Part shown: in pieces, positions 29,156 to 38,308 of the stretch | Layout: every line of letters starts with the position of its first letter | Position numbering within the stretch: the stretch's first letter is position 1 | Assembly: GCA_030674455.1 (NCBI GenBank) | Contig: JAUSGQ010000006.1 | Location: 15,654 to 79,653 of the forward strand | DNA: 64,000 bases | DNA from: a bacterium | GTDB taxonomy: Bacteria > Patescibacteriota > Minisyncoccia > Phycocordibacterales > UBA2100 | Direction: 5' to 3' | Notes under the pieces: model-generated | What the model was told of the DNA's origin: nothing | Databases searched by the model: none | What the model saw: only the letters and a program-made list of their open reading frames with translations | Position numbers and translations under genes: made by a program

Positions 29156-29869
29156 ATGTATACGCGAGTGTGTGCGGTAGTTTTTTTTGCAGTATTCGTT
29201 GCAGGTTGCGGCGAAAAAGGTCCGACACTGGACCAGCGCGTGGCTGCGTTGGAAAAGGATCAAGTTGTGGTTGCCGACCACAACAAGCTAGTCAACGCGC
29301 ATAACAGCCTTAATAAAAAAGTGGAGGCGCTTCAGGGCACGGTTACTGCTCTGGAGAAAAAAGAACAAGAGCGCGCAGAGGCAGAGAAGGAAAAAGAAGA
29401 AACTGCTGAAAAAGCGGCTGAAGAAAGAAAAGCCGCGGCGAAAAAGGCGGCGAAGCCAAAAACTCCGAGCGCCGCAACCATCGGCAAATGGCAAGGGCGC
29501 ACTGACCTTGCCAAAAACCCAATCGCTCGCGGGAACGAGCGCCGCGGGCTGCCGAGCGGGTTCGTGAAAGCGTGCGACGTGAAAGGTAAGCCCGGGGTAA
29601 AGGGCTATCCGATCAATTTTGATCGGGAAAAGAATACCTTCACGGAGTGCGCCGAAATTGTAAAGTCCACTTGCCGTGACCCCCTGATCGGCAAAGTGGA
29701 AACCTTCGCCGGACTCTGCAAGATGAGAGTCGGCGAAGAGTTGAAGGAGGTTTCGCTTGGTGACCTACTTCCGCAACGTTGGGTGAGGTGCCAGACCCCC
29801 GAGGTGGAGATGGAGGGCACCAAGCTCAACATGGACGCACATTTCAAGTGCATCCGGCCGATGCCGTAG
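29156..29869 (+). CDS. lipoprotein with Lys/Glu-rich coiled-coil segment
   Basis: Signal/lipobox VFVAGCG. Central KEQERAEAEKEKEETAEKAAEERKAAAKKAAK low-complexity region. Confidence 0.5.
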   Translation: MYTRVCAVVFFAVFVAGCGEKGPTLDQRVAALEKDQVVVADHNKLVNAHNSLNKKVEALQGTVTALEKKEQERAEAEKEKEETAEKAAEERKAAAKKAAKPKTPSAATIGKWQGRTDLAKNPIARGNERRGLPSGFVKACDVKGKPGVKGYPINFDREKNTFTECAEIVKSTCRDPLIGKVETFAGLCKMRVGEELKEVSLGDLLPQRWVRCQTPEVEMEGTKLNMDAHFKCIRPMP

Positions 29870-30018
29870 GGGCGGCGCGGCATTAGGGAATGGGGGCGGA
29901 CGACACTTTGCGTAAAGCCGCCCCCAACCCATTTTTTTCTTGGAGTTCGAAACATTAATACGTTTTTTAATGTTTCGAACTCTCGGAAAAAGCGAGAGTT
30001 TCGGCCTTGTCGAAGGCC

Positions 30019-30047
30019 TTGACAGATTAAAGTATTAAGAGTATAAT
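30019..30047 (+). promoter_or_regulatory. perfect consensus sigma70 promoter TTGACA-N17-TATAAT; leaderless transcript
   Basis: The -10 ends 8 nt before the ATG at 30056. Confidence 0.6.
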
Positions 30048-30055
30048 TAACTTAT

Positions 30056-31543
30056 ATGAAAACTATAAACACGTTTGTCGCGATAGCTTTATTTGCGTTT
30101 GGTGCGCCTTTTTTTGCGTTTGCCGATGATAACGTCGGTGACGGCAATGTAATTCCGCCTCCGGGTTATACGGATTATATTCCTACTCCCGGCTATACAG
30201 ACTACATTCCGACCCCGGGATACACGGATTATGTTCCATCGTACGGCTCTCAAGCCTACGATGTCTACGACGTTTACGGAACTTCTCCGACTTACGACTA
30301 CTACTCCACGTCTCCGAATTACTACGCTACCACTCCTAATTATTACTCTAGTCCAAGTTACTACAGTTCCACACCGACTTATTACCCGACGACTCCGGTA
30401 TATTCGTCTCCGGGTGTAGCTGCAGCTCCTATTTACTCTTACTCGCCTACGAATACGACAATAACAGAGACCACTTCAACTTGGGCTCCTTCGGAAGTTT
30501 ACACTTACGCGCCGACCTCAACGTGGGCGCCGACAGAAATATATTCTCCGAGCGAAATTTACACTTACTCGCCTACGACAGTTTCCAATTACTCTCCAAC
30601 AAGTATCTACGCTCCGAACGACAGCCACGATTACGCCCCGACTACGGTTACCACAGACAGCCACAACTACACCGGTCCGGTTACCATCTCGGTAGTCTCG
30701 CAAGCCCCAGCGCAAAGCCCTGTGCAATACGTTTCGGGAGGCGGAACGTACTTCAACAACTCTCCTTCGTACAACAATTCTCCCTCGTACTACAACACGC
30801 CGAGCTACTTCCCGCCGGCGCCTGCGCCTTCTTGCAGAATCGTTGCCAGCGGTGGATACGGCTCCGGCTACGGTAACAATGCAGTTGTACTCTCTTGGAC
30901 TTCTTCGAATGCCAACAGCGGATACATCTCTCCGCTCGTAGGCACTGTCGCTCCTTCCGGCTCGACGACTGTTTACCCGAACGCCAATACTCTCTACACG
31001 CTCACGGTTTCGGGCAATGGCGGAACTTCTTCCTGCCAAACGTATGCCGGTTACAGCAACTATGTTGCTCCTGCCGCTCCGGTCTACACAGCTCCGGTTG
31101 CGCAAGCGGCCGCAGTAGCTCCGTATGTCGCCCTCACGCAGATTCCTTACACGGGATTTGACTTCGGCACCTTCGGCAACGCCATGTACTGGCTCGTGCT
31201 TGCGGGATTCGCTGTCGCCGCTTCCTACCTTGTACTCTACTTCCGCGGTGGCGCATTCGCGCTCGTCGGCTCGATGTTGCGAGGAAAGAATTCTCGAGGA
31301 GACACCTCCCCCTTGGGGGTGAGGAGTCACCTCGGAAATGCCGGAAAGACCGCTGAATTCGCGACGTCACGAGTTTCCGAGGAGACACCTTCCCTGCCCG
31401 CCGAAGCTTCAGCGCAGGCAGGCAAAAGCGAAGGAGTCACCTCGAACCTCGGAACTTCTGCCCGTGGCACGAATGATTCAATGATTTCCGTCGGTTCAGT
31501 AGAGGGCGGAATGGGTCCGCGCATCGTAGTACTCCGCGCTTAA
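30056..31543 (+). CDS. secreted Ser/Thr/Tyr/Pro-rich repeat surface protein with C-terminal IPYTG-TM-basic tail (candidate sortase substrate)
   Basis: Signal peptide. PTPGYTDYIPTPGYTDYIPTPGYTDYVP repeats. A Cys-bracketed LSWTSSNANSG domain like those in the 2619-4082 protein. IPYTG at 31142-31156 followed by a hydrophobic helix and RGG...R. The cytoplasmic tail is extended by Element A/B insertions. Confidence 0.7.
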   Translation: MKTINTFVAIALFAFGAPFFAFADDNVGDGNVIPPPGYTDYIPTPGYTDYIPTPGYTDYVPSYGSQAYDVYDVYGTSPTYDYYSTSPNYYATTPNYYSSPSYYSSTPTYYPTTPVYSSPGVAAAPIYSYSPTNTTITETTSTWAPSEVYTYAPTSTWAPTEIYSPSEIYTYSPTTVSNYSPTSIYAPNDSHDYAPTTVTTDSHNYTGPVTISVVSQAPAQSPVQYVSGGGTYFNNSPSYNNSPSYYNTPSYFPPAPAPSCRIVASGGYGSGYGNNAVVLSWTSSNANSGYISPLVGTVAPSGSTTVYPNANTLYTLTVSGNGGTSSCQTYAGYSNYVAPAAPVYTAPVAQAAAVAPYVALTQIPYTGFDFGTFGNAMYWLVLAGFAVAASYLVLYFRGGAFALVGSMLRGKNSRGDTSPLGVRSHLGNAGKTAEFATSRVSEETPSLPAEASAQAGKSEGVTSNLGTSARGTNDSMISVGSVEGGMGPRIVVLRA

Positions 31544-31574
31544 CAGGTTGCCGCCGGGTCTATTGGTGTAGTGA

Positions 31575-31660
31575 ATAGACACCTGTAGACGGCCTATCGT
31601 TTGTGATAGGCACCTGTAGACGGCCTATCGTTCATGATAGACACCTGTAGACGGTCCGTG
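31575..31660. repeat. three tandem 31-bp copies of Element C (CACCTGTAGACGG core)
   Basis: ATAGACACCTGTAGACGGCCTATCG(TTTGTG) repeated three times. Confidence 0.65.
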
Positions 31661-31783
31661 AGCTCCCCCTCCTTCGCCTCCTCCTTCGCATAAAGCTACG
31701 GAAGGACAAAGAAGGCTTCGGAGGGCAAAGAAAGCGAAAGCAACAAAAACCGCCTCAATGGCGGTTTTTGTTTTGTGGCTATA

Positions 31784-31993
31784 TCAATGTGAGAGTGCCT
31801 CTAATTTTGTCACTCGGACTTCCAGCTTGAGACGTTTATCAAGTCCATTTTCCACATCTTTCTTTATTTGAGTGAGGTCACGCGAGTGTTCGTCAAGTGT
31901 TACGTCCATTTTCTCGACTTTTTCTTTAATAAAAATAACAGTCTCAAGAATCGCCTCCACATTCTTTTCCATTTTTAAAGTCTTTGTAGCCAT
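31784..31993 (-). CDS. small coiled-coil hypothetical protein
   Basis: 69-aa ORF. Confidence 0.3.
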   Translation of the reverse strand: MATKTLKMEKNVEAILETVIFIKEKVEKMDVTLDEHSRDLTQIKKDVENGLDKRLKLEVRVTKLEALSH

Positions 31994-32084
31994 ACTTACT
32001 TGGTTTCCGTAAGTTTATAACGCTTTAGAATTCGCGCAATAGGCTCGAAAGCGATTTCTAGCATTAGGCGCTAGTATTTCGTCT

Positions 32085-32169
32085 TTGCGAGTGCAGCGAA
32101 GCAATCTAGAGAAAACTACAAATCGGGAAATATGTATCGTCGCCCTAGATTGCTTCGCGTTGCTCGCAA
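32085..32169. repeat. Element D: 23-25-bp inverted repeat TTGCGAGTGCAGCGAAGCAATCTAG ... CTAGATTGCTTCGCGTTGCTCGCAA around a ~35-nt spacer
   Basis: Second copy at 37594-37662. Both are intergenic. Confidence 0.55.
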
Positions 32170-32267
32170 TGACGCCGTACACGCGTTACTGGCGACGTAG
32201 AGCGAGTGAGATGCGGAAGCTTAGCTTCCGCATCTCCGAGCCGAGGAGCCAGCAAACCGGAGCCGGT

Positions 32268-34118
32268 TTACAAAGCGCGCGATGAAATTTCCTGTTTGAG
32301 TTTATTTATAATTTCCTCAACGGAAAGAGCACCAATTTTTCCTTTGCTTCTGCTTTCCAGCGTCGCCGTTTTTGATTTTATTTCTGCATCGCCGACAACT
32401 AGCGTGTAGGGGACTTTCTCCAGTTTTGCATTCCGTATGCGTTTACCCAAGGTATCGTTCGAATCATCGAGCTCGACTCGGATGGCCGCGTCTCGAAGTT
32501 GTGTAAAAATCTCTTTCGCATAACTCGCCTGCTTTTCAGATATCGGAATGATTTTTGCCTGTACAGGCGCGAGCCAAAGAGGGAAGGCGCCCGCAAAGTG
32601 CTCTATTAGGAATCCTATTAGCCGCTCGTGCGTACTAAGCGGAGCGCGATGGATGCACAAAGGCGTTTTTTGTTTGCCATCTTTGTCGGTGTAAACGAGG
32701 CCGAAGCGGGCGGGAACTGCAAAATCAACCTGATTGGTCGCAAGCGTGAACTCGCGGCCGATAGCGCTCCATATCTCTACATCTATCTTCGGACCATAGA
32801 ACGCCGCCTCGTCCTCGGCCTCCGTGAATGGGACATTGAGCTCCGTGAGGCATCGCCGCACCATTTCCTCCGTCTTGAGCCAAAGCTTCGGCTCATTGAT
32901 GTATTTCTTTCCGAGATTCTCCGGCGCGTGCCGAGATAGGCGCATCACGTATTTTTGTATTCCGAATATCTTGAAGTAGGAGAGGTAAAGCTCCGTGACT
33001 TTCCGGAACTCGTCGGCGAATTGTTCCTCGCTGCAGTAGATGTGCGCGTCGTTCATCTGCATCGAGCGCACGCGCATGAGGCCGAAGAGCTCGCCGGATT
33101 TTTCATAGCGGTAGCACGTGCCGTACTCCGCGAGGCGCACGGGCATGTCGCGCCAGCTTTTTGGGCGCGCCGCGAATATCTTGTGATGATGCGGGCAGTT
33201 CATCGCTTTCAAATAGTAGTTCACGCCCTCGCACTTCATCGGCGGGTACATGCTGTCTTTGTAATAGGGGAGGTGGCCGCTCGTCGTGTATAGGCTTTCC
33301 TTGGCGATGTGCGGCGTACGGACGCGAAGATAACCGCTCTTATCCTCCATTTCTTTCGCGAGTTTTTCCAACTCGTCTATCATGGCAGCGCCGTTGGGAA
33401 GCCACAGCGGAAGTCCCGGACCGACATCATCATCAAACGTGAAGATACCAAGCACGGTCCCGAGCTTGCGATGGTCGCGCTTCTCGGCTTCCTCGCGCGC
33501 TTCCAAAAATGTTTGGAGCTCCTCTTTTGAAGCAAAAGCGAGGCCGTAGATCCGCGTGAGCATCTTGTTCTTTTCGTCGCCGCGCCAGTAGGCGCCCGCG
33601 ATGCGGTCGAGTTTGAAGGAATCAGGCGCAATATCGCGTGACGGGTTTTCCGCATGGCCACCGCGGCACAGGTCGGTAAAGCTATGTGCATCCGAAGATG
33701 TACCCTTTAAAGATTTCTTGTAGCTCGCAGGCGGGCACGTGTAGAAAGTTATTTTTGTTCCGGCTTTCTGCAAGTCTTTTATCAGCTCAAGCTTGTACGG
33801 ATTGCCTTTGAAATACGCGCTCGCGCTGCGCGCCGAAACCTCTTCTCTATCAAAACCGGTCCACGCGCGGAGCATCTCGCGCATCGTCTTTTCCAGCTTA
33901 GGCAGATCCTGCGTGCTCGGCGCTTCGCCTTTAGGAAATTCAAAATCGTAGTAAAAGCCGTCGTCTATCGCGGGTCCGATAGAGGGTTTTGCTTTCGGGT
34001 AGTGCTTCTTTACTGCGGCGGCAAGCAGGTGCGCGAGGGTGTGCCGTACGTTCCCAATGTTGTCGGCCAACCCATTAGAAATCGGTGGTGCATCTTTAGG
34101 ATCGGAGTGTTTGCTCAT
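32268..34118 (-). CDS. thrS: threonyl-tRNA synthetase
   Basis: Class II aaRS core (RDHRKLG, GLPLWLPNG), editing-domain remnant with HxxxH, and a C-terminal anticodon-binding domain. Confidence 0.9.
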   Translation of the reverse strand: MSKHSDPKDAPPISNGLADNIGNVRHTLAHLLAAAVKKHYPKAKPSIGPAIDDGFYYDFEFPKGEAPSTQDLPKLEKTMREMLRAWTGFDREEVSARSASAYFKGNPYKLELIKDLQKAGTKITFYTCPPASYKKSLKGTSSDAHSFTDLCRGGHAENPSRDIAPDSFKLDRIAGAYWRGDEKNKMLTRIYGLAFASKEELQTFLEAREEAEKRDHRKLGTVLGIFTFDDDVGPGLPLWLPNGAAMIDELEKLAKEMEDKSGYLRVRTPHIAKESLYTTSGHLPYYKDSMYPPMKCEGVNYYLKAMNCPHHHKIFAARPKSWRDMPVRLAEYGTCYRYEKSGELFGLMRVRSMQMNDAHIYCSEEQFADEFRKVTELYLSYFKIFGIQKYVMRLSRHAPENLGKKYINEPKLWLKTEEMVRRCLTELNVPFTEAEDEAAFYGPKIDVEIWSAIGREFTLATNQVDFAVPARFGLVYTDKDGKQKTPLCIHRAPLSTHERLIGFLIEHFAGAFPLWLAPVQAKIIPISEKQASYAKEIFTQLRDAAIRVELDDSNDTLGKRIRNAKLEKVPYTLVVGDAEIKSKTATLESRSKGKIGALSVEEIINKLKQEISSRAL

Positions 34119-34213
34119 ATTTTCTTATCTGTCGGCAATCTGATGATTTTGTAATTTTCGCATTTCTAACGGGGCAAGTATTTTTAAACAGAATAACGTA
34201 CCTAGGCTATTTC

Positions 34214-37200
34214 TCAAAGCGCCTTAGCCTTTTCCACCACGAAGCTGGACTCTCCGTTGCGCAATGAGAATTTGCCTTTCAGCATGACGCATGTACCGGC
34301 GATTATGCTCGGTTCGTTTTCTTTGAGCGTGCGAGGGAAAAGGACTATTTCAACGCTTCCCGAATAATCAGAGAGGCGGCCGAATGCCATGCGCTCGCCG
34401 TTCTTGGTCAGAATGTACTGGAGATTCTCGAGCAGTCCTGCGATGACAGTTTCTGTTCCTTTGGGGAACGTTTCTTTCGCGACGCCGATGGCCATCTTTT
34501 GTTTCGCCAGTTTTTCTTTATGCGCGTCCAAAGGATGGCCTGATACGTACAATCCGAGAAGTTCCTTCTCCCAGGTTAGCCGCTGTGTCATTGTGGCGGG
34601 CGGTGCAGGTTTAAGGGAGAGCTTTGCCGGAAAGAACGCACCTCCGCCGGAGGCGGATCCGCCTCCGGCGGAGAATAGGGAACTCTGATTAGTCGGAATG
34701 TCGGTATGTTCTTTGTGAAAGCTCAAAAGTAGGTCGATGTTCGCGAGAAGCTGTCCGCGGGTGTCCGCATCAGAGGTGACTCCTCCTTTGGAGGTGTCTC
34801 CTCGGATGCTGGAGGAGTCACCTCGGGCTAGTTCGTCCAATGCTCCGCATTTAATAAGAGACTCGAGAGATTTTTTATTTAAGTTTTTGTCCGGAACTCT
34901 GCTTAAGAAATCTCCAACGTCGGTAAACTTCTTTCCTTTCTCCATTGCTATCATTATGGAGTCGGCGACACCCGTGCCGAAATTCTTTATCGAGTATAAG
35001 CCAAATCTAATGCTCTTGTCGTCCACTACCGTAAAATTTCCCTGGCTCTCGTTGACGGACGGCGGAAGAATCTTCAATCCCATGCGCGCGCATTCCGCGA
35101 CGACGATAGCCACTTTATCCACATCGCCTGCGTCCGCGGTAAGGACAGAAGCCATGTAGTCGACAGGGAAATTAGCCTTCATGTAAGCCGTTTTATAGGC
35201 TAAGTTACCGTAAGATGCCGCGTGCGCTTTGTTGAAACCATACGCGGCAAAAGTCTCGATTTGTTCCCAGAGTTTCTGGACGAGTGCCTCTTTCATTCCA
35301 TGTTTCAAGCAACCGCGAGTAAATTTCTCTTTTTGCGCGCGCATCTCAACAGGGATTTTCTTTCCCATTGCTTTACGGAACTTATCGGCTTCAAGCCACG
35401 TATAACCTGCGATTTTAGTTGCAATTTCCAAGACATCGTCCTGATATGTGATAACTCCATACGAATTTTTTAGAATCGTTTCCATGCGCGGGTCCAAATA
35501 TTCCACCTGCTCCGGATGCTTCTTGCGCTCGATGTAATTGGGGATGAATGCCATGGGGCCCGGCCGATAGAGCGCGACCATCGCGTTGATGTCGTGAATG
35601 CTTGTGGGCTCGAGATTGATGAGGTGGCTCGTCATGCCTGCGCTCGCGAGCTGGAACACGCCGAGTGTTTCTCCGCGCCCGAGCATCTCGAACGTTTTTT
35701 TGTCGTCGAGCGGTAGGCGGTCAAGATCGATTTTTATTTGCAAACGCTTTTCCACGCGCACGATTGAATCCGCAAGAACGGAAAGGTTCGTGAGTCCCAA
35801 GAAGTCGAATTTCAGAAGCCCCGCGTCTTCCACCGCATACATATCGTATTGCGTTATTTTCTTTCCTCCTTTCGGGTCGAGTTGCACGGGGACGTAATCG
35901 GTGACCGGCCCCGGCGCAATGACGACGCCCGCGGCGTGAACGCCCATGTGCCGCGCGTTTCCCTCGACTTTTTTGGACAGGTTGATAATTTCCCGCGCAT
36001 CCGGGTCGCGCTTGTACATTTCTTTAAGCTCCGGAACTTCCTCGAGCGCGCCGTCTATGGTGACGGGGAATCCCTGCTTGCCGAACGGTATCAGCTTCGC
36101 GATGGTGTCGCCCGTGCCGTATGCGTGGCCGAGCGCGCGGGAGACATCGCGCACCGCCGCGCGCGCCATCATGGTGCCGAACGTCCCTATTTGCGCAACA
36201 TGGTTTTCTCCGTACTTTTCGCGCACGTAATCAATGAGCTCGTCGCGCCGGTTGTCCGCGAGGTCCATATCGATATCGGGCGGGGATGGGCGCTCGGGGT
36301 TTAGGAATCGTTCAAAGGGAAGCTGATACTCTATCGGGTTCACCGTGGTAATGCCCGAAAGATACGAAACAAGCGAGCCGGCAGCCGACCCCCTCGTGTT
36401 GGTAAGAATTCCTTTTTCTCGCGCGTGCCGCAAAAGGTCTGCGACCACGAGAAAGTACGGAGAATAGCCTTTCTCCTCAATGACCGAAAGTTCGTACTCC
36501 ACGCGTTTCTTGTTTTTTTCCGTTTCTGACATTCCACGTTCCTTGAATCCCGCGTATGCCATTTCGCGTAGAACATCGTTGTGGGATGTACCTTTGGGAA
36601 CCGGAAATTCAGGGAATACCCACGTGCCGAGCTTCAGTTCGAGGTTGCAGGCCTCGGCGATATTAACGGAATTCGCAAGCGCTTCGGGATATTTTGCAAA
36701 AATCTCCATCGCTTTCGCGCGCGTCATGAATGAAAAATCGGGCGCATTTTCTGCGAAGTCGCGGTTCAAGACGCTCGCCGAACGGATTTTATCCACGAGC
36801 TCGCGCGCAAGCGCGTCCTCCTTTTCCATGTAGTAGACCTCCTGCGAGGCGACTAGGCCGATGCCCGATTCCCGCGCAAGCGAAGCGATACTTTTCATCA
36901 ATTTCTCGTGCCCTTCGATTTCCGGATGATGCGTGATCTCTGCGTAACATCCGCCGGCGGGCGGAGAGCCGAAAACGGAAACATGCCAGCGCGCGGAATC
37001 CTTTGCCCGCTCTATCGCTTTATCTTTGAGCGCGCGGGAATGCTCGCCGTCTTGCGCCGGCAAAATCGCTATCAAACCCTCGCGATGCATTTCAATAAGC
37101 TCGCGGTCAACGCGGGGACGCACAAAGAATCCTTCCAGATGCGATTTTGTGACAAGTTGTATGAGATTGCGATATCCCTCTTTATTCTTTGCCAATAGAA

Positions 37201-37471
37201 CGAGGCGTGTCGGCGAATCGTCAACGCGATGTTCTTTGTCGCGCATCGTGCGCGTCGCGACAAAGAAATCGACGCCGATTATCGGCTTTATTCCTTTCCC
37301 CTTGCATTCTTTGTAGAACTCAATCGCTCCATAAAGATTTCCGTTATCGGTTAGCGCGAGTACTCGTTGTCCGTCGGCAGCGGCAGCATCAACAAGAGTG
37401 GGAATTTGAGGCAGAGCCTCGAGAAGCGAATAATGAGAATGCGTATGCAGGTTAACGAAATCGGGTTCCAT
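34214..37471 (-). CDS. dnaE: DNA polymerase III alpha subunit
   Basis: N-terminal PHP domain (VNLHTHSHYSLLEA), polymerase core and C-terminal OB fold. Contains an in-frame 32-nt perfect palindrome at 34642-34673 and an Element B cluster at 34761-34830. Confidence 0.95.
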   Translation of the reverse strand: MEPDFVNLHTHSHYSLLEALPQIPTLVDAAAADGQRVLALTDNGNLYGAIEFYKECKGKGIKPIIGVDFFVATRTMRDKEHRVDDSPTRLVLLAKNKEGYRNLIQLVTKSHLEGFFVRPRVDRELIEMHREGLIAILPAQDGEHSRALKDKAIERAKDSARWHVSVFGSPPAGGCYAEITHHPEIEGHEKLMKSIASLARESGIGLVASQEVYYMEKEDALARELVDKIRSASVLNRDFAENAPDFSFMTRAKAMEIFAKYPEALANSVNIAEACNLELKLGTWVFPEFPVPKGTSHNDVLREMAYAGFKERGMSETEKNKKRVEYELSVIEEKGYSPYFLVVADLLRHAREKGILTNTRGSAAGSLVSYLSGITTVNPIEYQLPFERFLNPERPSPPDIDMDLADNRRDELIDYVREKYGENHVAQIGTFGTMMARAAVRDVSRALGHAYGTGDTIAKLIPFGKQGFPVTIDGALEEVPELKEMYKRDPDAREIINLSKKVEGNARHMGVHAAGVVIAPGPVTDYVPVQLDPKGGKKITQYDMYAVEDAGLLKFDFLGLTNLSVLADSIVRVEKRLQIKIDLDRLPLDDKKTFEMLGRGETLGVFQLASAGMTSHLINLEPTSIHDINAMVALYRPGPMAFIPNYIERKKHPEQVEYLDPRMETILKNSYGVITYQDDVLEIATKIAGYTWLEADKFRKAMGKKIPVEMRAQKEKFTRGCLKHGMKEALVQKLWEQIETFAAYGFNKAHAASYGNLAYKTAYMKANFPVDYMASVLTADAGDVDKVAIVVAECARMGLKILPPSVNESQGNFTVVDDKSIRFGLYSIKNFGTGVADSIMIAMEKGKKFTDVGDFLSRVPDKNLNKKSLESLIKCGALDELARGDSSSIRGDTSKGGVTSDADTRGQLLANIDLLLSFHKEHTDIPTNQSSLFSAGGGSASGGGAFFPAKLSLKPAPPATMTQRLTWEKELLGLYVSGHPLDAHKEKLAKQKMAIGVAKETFPKGTETVIAGLLENLQYILTKNGERMAFGRLSDYSGSVEIVLFPRTLKENEPSIIAGTCVMLKGKFSLRNGESSFVVEKAKAL

Positions 37472-37593
37472 AAAAGATAGTATTTAGTATGCGGTATTTT
37501 GTATTCGGTAGGACCTACACAAGGAGATCAAAAGACAGTGTAAAACCGAGCTTTTCGTCTACAGATGCCGATGCATACTTCATCGGCCAGTCT

Positions 37594-37662
37594 TTGCGAG
37601 CGAAGCGAAGCAATCCAGGAACTACGGCTCCAACCCTAGATTGCTTCGGCAAAGCCTCGCAA
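37594..37662. repeat. Element D copy 2
   Basis: TTGCGAGCGAAGCGAAGCAATCC ... CTAGATTGCTTCGGCAAAGCCTCGCAA. Confidence 0.55.
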
Positions 37663-37721
37663 GGACGATTCAGATGTTGCGTAAGTCCTATTCGGTGTAA
37701 ATGCATACGGTATACGGAATA

Positions 37722-38285
37722 CTATATACTGAATACTTTTTTCTGCCTCAGGTGCACGAAGCCGGTAAGCGCGCTGAAGGCGAAAGCGAACGTGGGAAAC
37801 AAGCTTTGCGCTAAAGTCCATGTGCCGCCCGCGAATATATTGGCCGCCGCCCCAAACGCGTTCACGAACCACATCCACGATTGTTTTCGTTCGGGTACTT
37901 GATACCCGCGCACAACGCTCGGAATTCCGGCTGTGTATTTTCCAATGGTGAGAAGAACGAGAGCGGTAAGCGGTCCGCCAAAGTACCACCCTATGAGCGA
38001 AACTGCTGCGATTGCCGTACACGCCGTTTCGAGAAAGCCCCATCCCCATGTACCTTTAAATAGAAGAGCCAGTGCAACGAGCGTCGCCCCTACAAGGAAT
38101 CCCATAGGAAGATAGGGAGCGGGCGCGCCCGCATATATTGAGGCCGCGAGAATGCACGCGTCAATGAGTGCCCACATGACCCATGTGGCCAGATTGAGGT
38201 GCATCGTGCCGTTCAAGATGCCGCGGATCCAGACGAGGTGTCCTAAAATAGCGGCTATTCCACCGGCAATAGCAAGAGTCTGCAT
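37722..38285 (-). CDS. polytopic membrane protein of unknown function
   Basis: 187 aa with about 6 TM helices. Confidence 0.45.
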   Translation of the reverse strand: MQTLAIAGGIAAILGHLVWIRGILNGTMHLNLATWVMWALIDACILAASIYAGAPAPYLPMGFLVGATLVALALLFKGTWGWGFLETACTAIAAVSLIGWYFGGPLTALVLLTIGKYTAGIPSVVRGYQVPERKQSWMWFVNAFGAAANIFAGGTWTLAQSLFPTFAFAFSALTGFVHLRQKKVFSI

Positions 38286-38308
38286 TCTGAAATGGTAGCA
38301 TATATAGA

